Assembly: GCA_002104905.1 (NCBI GenBank)
Contig: MCFE01000681.1
Coordinates: 1 to 46,591 of the forward strand
Length of the DNA stretch: 46,591 bases
Source: Basidiobolus meristosporus CBS 931.73
Lineage: Eukaryota > Fungi > Basidiobolomycota
Direction of reading: 5' to 3'
Part shown: piece by piece, positions 11,201 to 20,893 of the stretch
Numbering within the stretch: position 1 is the first letter of the stretch
How the letters are laid out: each line of letters begins with the position of its first letter
Program-made: the position numbers and the translations under genes
Notes under the pieces: model-generated
Seen by the model: only the letters and a program-made list of their open reading frames with translations
Databases searched by the model: none
Told to the model about the DNA's origin: nothing

Positions 11201-14200
11201 TAGTACTTCGTGTCTTGAAAACATTGTATTCAGTGCGCACTGCCACGCGTCACGATTGAGGCTTCCGCGAAAATGAACAGCCGTTGGTAGGTGGTACATC
11301 TCGCTTGTACCTTCGATCTGTGCAAGGAACCAAATGCGCTTCTGGGAAAAAGAGAGTGGTAGATCCCCTACGCGAGGTATAGGCTCGATTGTTGAATATG
11401 CGGTTATCTTCTGGTCCATAAATTTACCCACTGATGCAGCAAATGATGATAGTGTGGGTGAGGCAAATATGGACGAAAGCGGCAGCTCAACACCCAGAGT
11501 GGCGACACGGTTCAACAGACGCACTACGAAAAGCGAATGACCACCGAGTGCAAAGAAGTTGTCGTTACGACTAACACGATCGACATTGAGCACCTCAGCC
11601 CAGATGTTAGCAATTGCAATTTCAGCAATGCCTTGTGGTTCCTCGTAGATTTCTCGAGCATAAGCAGCACTATCCGGGGCAGGGAGAGCCTTACGATCGA
11701 GTTTGCCATTCGAGTTGAGTGGAAGAGAATCGAGTCGGACAAATGCGGCTGGAACCATGTAATCCGGTAGACACGATCTGAGGTACGAACGCAGAGTGTG
11801 GACGAGCTGATCATCGTGCTTAGCAACAACATAGGCCACAAGTTTCCTGGCGCTTTCTTCGCCCATCGCAATCACAGCCGCCGAGTGGACTAGCATATGC
11901 TCAGTGAGTCGGGCCTCAATCTCACCTAGCTCAATCCGGAATCCTCGAATCTTCACTTGATGGTCGTTGCGACCTAGGAAAACGACGTTGCCATCGGCGA
12001 GGTACCTCGCTTGATCGCCTGTCTTGTACATTCTCGCGTCTTGCTCACCTGAAAATGGATCCCGGAGGAACACCTGGGCGGTCAGATCGGGCCGATTCAG
12101 GTATCCCCTTGCCACTCCTGCTCCGCCGATGTACAACTCTCCAGCCGCTCCTAGGGGAACTAGTTGTCGACGCTCGTCGAGGATGTAAATACACTTGTTG
12201 GCTATGGGGCGACCAATTGGTACTACGTCTCCGCTGAAGCCCTCCGGACATCTCCATGTCAGTGAGCTCACTGTCGCTTCCGTTGGCCCATAGTCATTCA
12301 CGATGCGGCCGTTCGGGATCAACGGTTGCAGGCTATGAATCAGTGATGCTGGGAATGATTCTCCCCCCAATATCAGCGTCAGAGAAGTGGAGAGCTGCGG
12401 CAGGTGTTTGGCTCCTTGGAAGATCGCGGGGGCAAGAGTGCTTGAGTGATCGCGTTCTGCTCAAGATAGTCCCACAGATGTCGCTGATTGTACCGGATAG
12501 CATCAGGAAGGATATGCAGACTGGCACCGGAACACAAAGTCGAGAATGTATCCATGACGCACCCGTCGAAGGCGAATGAAAAGAACTGCAGTACGCGGCT
12601 TGACGTGCGGATCCCGTAGACTTCGTGTCGTGTCACGACAAGGTTGGACAAGCCTCTATGCTCCACCATCACTCCCTTGGGCTTCCCGGTAGATCCGGAA
12701 GTGTAGATGATGTAGGCCAAATTGGATGAGGTCAACCCTGTCACCTGCGGGTTGGCGAGTGAATTGTCCGATTTACCACTACTGAATTGTGGTTGATATG
12801 AGCTAGCTGTTAGCTTCAATGTAAAATGATAAGATAGCTTTGTAAATCATGTTTACCTGTTTGAGCGAGGTTCTGCCGCCAACTTGTTTGGATCCACCAC
12901 TGTCATGGAGGAGAGGATCCCCTCTCCTAGCGCTTGTTGTCCCAGGGTATCTGCAATCACGATGTGTGGACTAGAGTCCAGCAAGATGTCCCTTAGTCGA
13001 TCACTTGCGTATGATGGATCGAGTGGGATATAGGCTCCGCCTGCCTTGAGGATAGCAAGTACTCCTGCGACCATGGCAACTGAGCGTTCGACGCAGATAG
13101 CCACAACACTCTCAGGCTGAACACCCAATGTGATGAGCTGGTGAGCCAGTCTGTTTGCTAGCTCATTCAACTCAGCATATGTCAGTGATTGGCCGTCAAA
13201 CACTAAAGCGGTGGCCTGCGGAGTGCGCTCAACCTGTTGCTCAAAGAGATGATGAATGCACAGCTCCGATGGATAGTCCTGTTGGGTGTCATTCCACTTT
13301 TTGAGTACAAGATCTCGTTCAGCTTGTGAGAGCAGATCCACGGACATAATCGGTTGATTTACGTTCACAGTCATTGCCTGGAGCACTGAATGCAGATATT
13401 TCACATGCTGCTTAATGGCATCAGGGTTGTACAAGTCCGAAGAATAATGCATGTCTCCCACAACCTTGTCTTCCTGTTGTTGAAGCCGCATATTTAGATC
13501 AACCAGGATCGATGTGGCAGAGTGTAAGGATTTTTTGTTATTCCATTGAAGCACAACCCGGATCAACGGTAAGGCACCGATCTTGATGATACTGTCTATT
13601 GGGATGTCATGGCGACCCATTGAAACTGTAGCGATTTTTCGCACGCGCTGTAGAAGCTGTGAAAAGTTTGGTTCGCCAGAAAGATCCAGTCGTAGGGGAA
13701 GGATGCTTGTGTCTGTCTGTTTGTCACAAATCTGGCTATCTGAGCCATTATGTTGAAACCCGATAACAATATCATCTTGGCCTGAGAGTCGAGCCAGAAC
13801 AGAACTCCAGCCAGTAATCACAACCATACTCAAGTCCATGTCGTACTCTATGGCAATCTTTTTTAGTGACTGCACCAATGGTGTGTCGAGTAAAATAGGG
13901 ATATTCGATTCATTGGTGGATTGATGAGAAACCCGAGATCGATTTGTGGGTAGGTCAAGTATAGCAGGAGCACCAACCAGGGTCTTTCTCCAAAAGTCAT
14001 ACTCGACCTGGGTGAGTGGCAGATTCAGTTTCTCATGTGCATTCGAGGATGTCGAGGGAAAAGGAGTGATATTTCTATTGTTATTGTGTAAAAACGCCAA
14101 GGTTATCAAAAAGCGGTTAAGAACAAGCGCGCGCTTCACTTCAAGACTTTCGTTTTGTTATCTCTTACCCAATCGACTGTCGTTCAATTACCGGTTCTTC

Positions 14201-14552
14201 AGAAACGTAGAGCTGTGCCGCATCGTCCGTTTTAGAGGTGTGTGTGATAACGGGTGGTTCGGCTGGATCCAACAATATGTTGTGAGATAACGATTAAATG
14301 GATATGTCAGTTTTGTTTGCTCAGGCCGACGATTGCTTGTAGTTGTTCAAGTTAGTAGTGGATCTATTCTTACCGCTAAGAGTACTTCCGCTTGCACTTA
14401 GCGCACCTTCATCCAAGGGGTGCTGTACTTTAGGTACAGGAATGCTGTAGGGCAACTTACAAGGTGAACCACGGGGTTAATCGTCAGAAGTCAGCTCAAC
14501 ACGAGTGTATCGCAGTATGTATCATACATACCTGACTATCCTGCTTGGCCAT
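1..14552 (-). CDS. Multimodular non-ribosomal peptide synthetase (3' end outside window); about 4,640 aa within the window
   Basis: Hand-built model with phase-consistent GT-AG introns: exons 14552-14532 (MAKQDSQ), 14455-14374, 14262-14169, 14074-12857, 12781-9584, 9508-6318, 6211-2995, 2918-<1 (last exon is missing from the ORF track because it is open at the window edge). Motifs: AYIIYTSGSTG, N[DE]YGPTE, YKTGD, GRNDHQVKIRGFRIELGEIE, FF[AS]LGGHSL, HHIISDGWS. Two 1-bp frameshifts in exon 5 (~12430 and ~9930). The three small 5' exons are less certain than the rest. Confidence 0.93.
1575..4780 (-). other. NRPS module 4: LCL-type C, A4, T4
   Basis: LPLSFAQQRMWF, HHIISDGWS; A4 core translated by hand from 2918 downwards: AYIIYTSGSTGKPKG, FDHSVSEIF, HTSITPTLL, FVIMGETLP, NEYGPTEATVA. 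Confidence 0.88.
3154..4424. repeat. Intragenic direct repeat R2 (partner ~9743-11014)
   Basis: Near-identical sequence at offset 6589/6590; covers the second half of C plus the A N-terminus. Confidence 0.93.
4860..8000 (-). other. NRPS module 3: dual epimerisation/condensation domain, A3, T3
   Basis: [25 protein letters not shown] plus HHLIGDHST and RTNYPFTLSVDD are the dual E/C signatures; A3 core FDVSVLDIF / NEYGPTEATIT. Confidence 0.9.
8190..11370 (-). other. NRPS module 2: LCL-type C, A2 (near-identical to A1), T2
   Basis: LPLSFSQKRIWF, HHIISDGWS, FDLTL; A2 core FAFDGCVMDTF / NDYGPTEATVS; T2 FFSLGGHSL. Confidence 0.9.
8416..10027. repeat. Intragenic direct repeat R3 (partner ~11690-13300): whole A1/A2 domain including its intron
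   Basis: Near-identical sequence at offset ~3273-3274; introns 9509-9583 and 12782-12856 are both 75 nt with one difference seen. Confidence 0.95.
11480..14030 (-). other. NRPS module 1: truncated (C-terminal half) condensation domain, A1, T1
   Basis: FWRKTLVGAPAILDLPT...LARLSGQDDIVIG aligns to the second half of the LCL C domains; no HHxxxDG; A1 motifs; T1 FFALGGHSL. Borders approximate. Confidence 0.85.
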
Positions 14553-15239
14553 TGCTTTGTTCACTTTGAGGAAGGAGTGAGTGTTCAAGATGAATGAAGC
14601 CGGGTATGAGGAGTGTTGAGCTGAGAAATAGGGGAGTGGCCAGCCCCCTTATACCTATTTGTAGTCTACTGGTTGCGTGTAAGAGGTACAGGAGTGTGTC
14701 TTTTTCCTTCTGTATGTTGAACCCCAGTTTTTTTGTTTTTGGACAATGGCCCCCACTGGGATGCATCCCTTGACAAGCTAATAATCCTGTATGCCAACGT
14801 TGTAGTCAACCCCACCCCCCCCCCTTGTTGCAATCCACCAGATACACTTAATAAGGTGTCATCCAGTTCCTTGGGCAACCATTTATTTGTGGTGGTGGAT
14901 CGGGTTGAATACCCCTCACACACACCTTGATGGGATAGGGTTGCGAATGCGTGCGGAGACAAATTTCTACGGGGCTCTGACTCCATGTTGATACCGTGCG
15001 AGTCGCCTAGTTGCCTAGTTGCAATCCCTTTTATCGTTCTGATTATTGATCTCCTATGCTCAAGTCCAATGGTATCGATAAACTCATGTATGACACTCTT
15101 CCTGCATAATTCCTCGATCGATTAAGTCATCACTTATCTGGTTACAAGGAGATGTCAATATAGGAAGGTTACCGATCGTAAAATAGTAAACTGGTAAAGT
15201 GGAGCGGTGCGTCTATACGGTGTCTCTTTCATGTTTAAG

Positions 15240-15665
15240 ACCGTTTATATATGCCATTATAAAGACTACTCTTTGAACCAATTGATTTGTAAAAATCGGA
15301 GTAATCTTGGCGGGTTGTGCTCCGAATTGACAACATCAATTCTTGCTCAATATCTGGCTTGATACTATATCAGGAGCATGTTCAAGAGCAGTTACCACTG
15401 CTGCACGTATCCACAAATTCGGTTGGGCTAAGTGACTGCACTACATCCGTTGTGAGGCCTGCTGCTGCCTATCGTACGATTTTGCCTGTGCGCCGAGATT
15501 ACAGAACGGCTGAGGTGCAGGTAATGTATGACCAGATCATACATCAATGCTTTAATTTCAACGATGGATGTATCAGAAATCATGTAGTAGCTGATCAAGT
15601 GGTAACGCAGACATGTGAGTTTGCAATGACTATTAGCGTCTTGTGCAATGATGAGCCTTAGCAAA
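15240..15665 (-). pseudogene. Decayed NRPS fragment (dual E/C domain pieces and start of an A domain)
   Basis: Across frames: LRLIIAQDANSHCKLTCLRYHLISYYMISDTSIVEIKAL / GHTLPAPQPFCNLGAQA / AVVTALEHAPD / IEQELMLSIRSTTRQDY, matching module 3 LLRFTVAQDSDGRWILAELMHHLIGDHSTLEVVSMETKAF / GHTLPAPQPFRNLIAHA / SLASALEDTP / HEQELLLRTWNMTQLDY. Frameshifts, stops and a large internal deletion. Confidence 0.8.
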
Positions 15666-16113
15666 TTAACCCTTTCGCTGCTTTTCTGTCCCTCTCAATA
15701 TGTGATAACGCTAATAGTAGTATGAATAGTGGAAGGTCAATATATGGTCATCATCGCAAGGAGTTCAATATTTACTCTTCTCTAGAATTTCAAAGACTTA
15801 TTGGGAGAATTGGTGGGTATACTCATCCAGGGTGAAACATAGGGGAAAGAGAGTGATCTGGAAGAAATGCTGCTTTGAACTTGTGGTCAAGGAGCTTGGT
15901 AATCACAACATGGACTTGTAGCAAAATTATGTGTATTGGTATAGTTAAGAATCTTTTTTTGTCCCTTGAATTTGTATTCAATTAATCACTTGGAATTCTT
16001 TATATTAACATTACTCTTTCTTGACTGAACTCTTTCTGCAGCATCTAATAGAACTCCCTATATCAGAATTCTAAAAATAAAATATTTCTCAGATTTCACA
16101 CATATGCTTCATG

Positions 16114-16500
16114 TGTTGTAAGAGTCTTGGAGATATTGGAAGTGATTGGAAGAACTGGTATATTATGTGGTTTTCACTTAATGATTTATTGAATGTAAAA
16201 GTAGTATTTATACTTTTACAAGGTCTTGGCATAACAAACACAAAGAATAGGTTTAGGAAGGTCATATAGTATTTTAATGGCATTCAGCTGGTGTTTTTAC
16301 TGTATGCAGTCAGCTGTAAATACTTGTAGAAGTAGTATGTTGCTTATCACTGACATTGGTATAAATGATAGTTAGCCTATTCTCCTACTGGAAAGTGTGT
16401 CTACTTGTCTGCCAAATAACCAGAACATAAGATACTGATAGTTGTAGGTTTAGAAAATCTTGGAACTTTGCTGATATTGTACTGGTATTATGTGATCAAT
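16114..16500 (+). repeat. Non-coding repeat family, copy 1 (segment A ~16114-16270, segment B ~16270-16500)
   Basis: Segment A (tgttgtaagagtcttggagatattggaagtgattgg...ttttcacttaatga...aatgtaaaagtagtatt) recurs at 18107, 18341 and 44756; segment B matches the reverse complement of ~44285-44520. Confidence 0.8.
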
Positions 16501-16542
16501 TAGTAAACTATTCTTCACTATTTTCAAGATATATAGCAGTAG

Positions 16543-18106
16543 TTACTGATTCCACTCAAAATGATAAGACAATTTCTGATCATGGATCATGTATCTTGCC
16601 ATATCAATAATTGATCTGTTTGCACATTCTGACACTTCATTTTGCTGCAGGGAGTGTGTTACAGTGGTCTCTTGTGTCATCCCATGAATTTTGCAGAAGT
16701 AGATGCACATTTTTGAGGCATATTCACTACCATTATCAGGGCAAATTTTCTTGATTCTTTTGCAGGTTTCTGTCTCCACCATGGCTTCAAAGTCCCTGAG
16801 CTTGTATAGTGATTCTTCTTCTCTCTCCTTGAAGTAGACCCACAAGTATCTTATATAATCATAAATAAATGTAATTAAATACTCTTCTCTGTTTAGGGAC
16901 AAACTTTGCATAGGTCTAAATGAATGCAGATGAATTAAATCTGATTTTTTCTTATTTCTGATTTGCTAAGTGCTCTTAGCAGTTGCCTGGCTTGATTTCC
17001 ATGTATGCAGACCTACAATGCTCCAAGTTAGCTGGGGATCAATTTTCCACCTGAAATCTGCTGATTTCTGATCATTTTGCTCATATAGTCAAAATTAATA
17101 TGTCCAAATCTTCTGTGACAGAGCACTGATGTTTCCTCATTGAAGTTACTTATATTCCAGATATGATGGTATATAAGCTAACTAGTATAGACTCTGAGCT
17201 CTGATACCCAGGGCAATATGGGTGCCATTTAGATCAGTGGTCCTGCATTCATTATTGTCAAAACTGGCACTGATTCCTTCTGATATAGTCTTGCTTACAG
17301 AAAATAGGATCTTGGCTCTTTTGGTACATGGAGTACTTCACTGAAGGTAAGTAAATGGCTTCCTTTATTATTTTTGAGACTTATTTGGGTGGTGCCCTGT
17401 CCAACTACATTAAGTGTTCTATGAATCCTTGTGAAAACCTTCTTAATTATAGTTTACCTAAGGAGGTTGAAAGTTTGTTTTGATGGGTATAGTGTTACTA
17501 TTCTGCAAAGTCCATTTTCCGCATCCATAATTCCATGTTTGCTACCATACTGCATGTATAGATGTATAGTCTATCTTTAGTGGTTGTGGTTTTCCTTGTT
17601 TGACTTTTTCAGCTGATGATCTTTCTTTTTGAAGCACTGGTCTGATGTATATCCTTCCCTTTTCCAAAAGCTGCAAGAAAGGTTGCTGTTGCCTTAAAAG
17701 GGTCTTGAGAGCCTTCTTTGGTGGTTATCATTTCCTGTGAAAGCATTGATGTTTTCTTTCTTCATGGAACTAGATTCACTTAATTATTCATGTAGCATCT
17801 TTGTGATAAAATATTTTTGCTTAAAGTAAATTACCTCAGCAGCCAAACAGGAGTGGTAGGTAACTTCTAATGGCTTCCAGGCACTATTTGCTATTTTTAC
17901 CTTTGAACATGGGCATTGAATTAGCATTTTGTCTTTAACACATATGTATACAAAGTTAAAGGCACTTGGTTCTTACTTGTGGTAACTCAAGGCTTCTTCT
18001 CCTACATCTTTAGGAGGGCCATTTTCTCACATGACAACATCCCAAAGGCCTTGTTTCTATAATAGCCACTTCACCTTCACCTTCACCTTCCAGACTTGGT
18101 GGTTAA
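16543..18106 (-). mobile_element. Degenerate Ty1/Copia LTR retrotransposon fragment (gag, zinc knuckle, GAG-pre-integrase, integrase core)
   Basis: NHQVWKVKVKVKWLL*KQGLWDVV (gag N-terminus, ~18030-18105); CSFWKREGYTSDQC (decayed CCHC knuckle, 17634-17675); LCHRRFGHINF...VCIHG (GAG-pre-integrase, ~17010-17125); YLITFIYDYIRYLWVYF...DNGSEY...QQNEVSECANRSIIDMAR (rve). Many stops; no RT found. Confidence 0.88.
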
Positions 18107-18690
18107 TGTTGTGAGAGTTTTGAGATAATGGAAGTGATTGGGAGAACAAGTAGATTATGTTGTTTTCACTTGATGATTTTTAAATGTAAAAGTAGTATTC
18201 CTTTTTTTGCATAGCCTTGGCAAAAAAACACATAGAATATATTTGGGAATGTCCCAAAAACACATTGACAAAGCTTAGGGCTGTTTGGACCACTTTCAGA
18301 AATCAAGTTCTAGTGAGTGTCAGGTGGGGGCTCATATTCCGTTGTAAGAGTATTGGAGATACTGGAGGTGATATGAAGAACAAATAGGGTAGGTGGTCTT
18401 CACTAGGTGATATATTGAATATAAAGTGATATGTATACATTGACATGGACTTAGTAAGCCCAACATTTAAAGTATGCTAGGAGAGACCTAATAGTGTGTT
18501 TCAGAGCTTGAGAGTCCTGGGATAGCTTTTGAGCTTCTCACTCCCTGGGTTACTGATACTTTGGTAAGTATTAAAGGACCAGACACAAAAATTGGGCAAA
18601 AATCCTGTGGGATTTGTAGGCTATGTGCCAGGTGACTAGGCTAATGAAGTATTTGGGTTAACTTATGTAAATTTGACAGCATTCTTGGAT
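18107..18690 (+). repeat. Non-coding repeat family, two tandem copies (~18107-18330 and ~18341-18690)
   Basis: Similar to 16114 and 44756 copies; ~18550-18680 also resembles ~44965-45090 (ctggg..ctgat...ggatttgta...gtgacta...tattt). Confidence 0.75.
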
Positions 18691-19757
18691 TTCTTTTAGA
18701 TACTATGCTATCTATTACTATATACTGTAGGCTGCACAGGGTTTTCATTTTATCTAGTGATCCAGTAAGATTAGCTGGCAGATCTAGATATGGGTCTTTC
18801 AGGAACTACACATATATCTCTAGCATAGAGCTTCTGCAGCATCTCAACTTTTGATATTTCTTTACTATTTTCTTGTCATACTTCACCTCCTGGGATATCA
18901 GTAGGCCTTCTCAGAGCTTCTCAAAGGCCAACTCACTAGCAAGCATTGCCTTACATCATTCAAGCGCAAATCATATCAGTAATCATCTTGTGATACAGTA
19001 TATTGAAGCCAAATTTTATTCTTGACTTTGTAGTACAGTGAATACCTGTATATTTGTTACAATGCACATGACACATGGAAAAACTCGCACAATCCAACCT
19101 CTACTAGTAAATAATGCAAATTACTACTTGTACCACATTATTGTTAGTACTTTAGAATACAATTGAGCAAGTAGCTTTACTAGTAACTTCAGGAATCCAA
19201 AAAAGCTGTGCTATACACAATGCATCGTGGAAAGCTAGATCTAAAGGAGGGTATCATGGCATCTAGTTAATGCTGATTATTCACAATTTTACTATCATAT
19301 ACGGCAAGTAGCTTGCAATAATTAATCCACGGAAATCTAGCAACCTCATCTGCTAAAAACCTGCGCCTACGGAACAATACCCATCTACCATTTATTTTTG
19401 CTTAAACACACAAGGTTTCAGAATGAATCTTTCCTTGCAACAATTACCTACTGGCCCCAAAGCAATACAAACCATTGCCTAATATTTGCTTATACTCCAG
19501 GGAAAGGCTATTTTAAGCTAGTGTGACCTTCTATTGGAAATTTCGTTAACATAGGATTCTGGTTGAGCTCCTCGACCCGAGCCAAATAGTTATGTTGTTG
19601 CTAGAGTAATTAGGCTCACTGTAGTCTAATTCAATCAAGGATATTTGAATGACTCTTGAAACCGTACTACATTTGAATTTCACATCCGAGTAATACATGC
19701 GCTTATATAATCTGCCAAGACTCTTGAGAAGCCATCAACAACTTCATACTTTCAACA

Positions 19758-20043
19758 ATGTACATTAAACTTGGCACCTTCTGTTTCTTTGCAATATTCC
19801 GTCAGGTAGTCTTTGGCAGACCAATCGTGCTTGAGGCTTCTGATGTGTCTTGTCTTCCGCAATGCATCGGTAGACCGTATCTAGATAGCTGGATTCTACA
19901 GCTAGAAAGGGTTGTTGATTATAAGCCAGTCGATGAATAAGAAGAAAATGAGTTCGAAGACTTTGTTGCTAACTACTCTCTTTGCTCCCCGGAGGATCTG
20001 AATTCATCCAAAATCAAGAGGTGGATGGAAAATAATCATTGAT
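19758..20043 (+). pseudogene. Disrupted paralogue of the 20894 small secreted acidic protein
   Basis: QLERVVDYKPVDE*EENEFEDFVANYS aligns with QLEQVEYKPGDEYEEDQFEEYANDYS; TAA replaces a Tyr codon at 19938-19940 and a probable frameshift follows; hydrophobic N-terminus; TATA-like element ~19704. Confidence 0.7.
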
Positions 20044-20893
20044 GACAAAATACCTGATATCCGGATATCTCTCGGTGGCTTGAGGACTGGTCACCCATTT
20101 TCCATGATGATGCAGGCTTACCTCAAGGACTTCGCCACCAATAACACACTGAATTGAACTGCTGATAGCTGAATAATATAGATACATTTATGTATGAACC
20201 AACTCGATATTCTTTCCTGCCATATATATGCAGTATTAAACGAACATCGAAGTGCCTGTAAATAACTAACCATATTCCGATTCGTAGCTTCCAAGCTATG
20301 TCAGATTTGCCTTAGATCGTTCTCGGTAAACCGGCTGATGAGGCCAAGAGTGGATTATTTTAGAAGTTGAGGTGGTTGCCATTTCATGGATCCTTTCTTG
20401 GCAGCCGTTAAATCCAGCGAAGCCAAATATAGTGTTGCAGTGATGGTGCACCTTGTGTATGGTGAACTAACCTAGGGGCTAAATTTCTTTGACCACACCA
20501 GGCTAAACTTATTGACCAATTTTGGTACTGCGAGCTCTTAAACATTCCGTACACTATGACTTATTGGGTGTTGTCAGAGTAAGAGCTCCTGCCCATGATG
20601 TCATAGGTGTCAGGCAATAGCTACACATCATTATTATATCCAATTCTTGACTAGTTGTACGTGATGATCAGAATGGGATTCGGATGAGTCAACATGATCC
20701 TGATGCTTTCGCTGCTAACCGATTACTGGTCCAAGCGCGGGGTATGTACTTTGCCAACTACCTCATATTTCCCTTTACTAATACATACATCACATTCCTG
20801 AAATGTCACGAAAAGCCATGATGGTATAAAAGGACCTGACTCGGCTAATCTAATAACAAGTAAAAGCCCTCCCAATTATCTGACAAGCACATT

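Noticed and set aside
7-13200. Many short plus-strand and alternative-frame ORFs, repeated two or three times
   Set aside because: They are antisense or off-frame shadows of the NRPS and recur only because the NRPS blocks are duplicated.
14075-14139. ORF-track start MKRALVLNRF for the NRPS
   Set aside because: The start is GTG and falls within the predicted intron 14075-14168; an ATG model from 14552 is phase-consistent.
17198-17210. TGGGTATCAGAGC on the minus strand, resembling a tRNA-iMet primer-binding site
   Set aside because: It lies inside pol, just upstream of the GAG-pre-integrase region and not next to an LTR; likely chance.
16114-18330. Repeat copies at 16114 and 18107 as the paired LTRs of the Copia relic
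   Set aside because: The 18107 copy cuts the gag N-terminus, no PBS or PPT is adjacent, the span is only ~2.2 kb and RT is missing.
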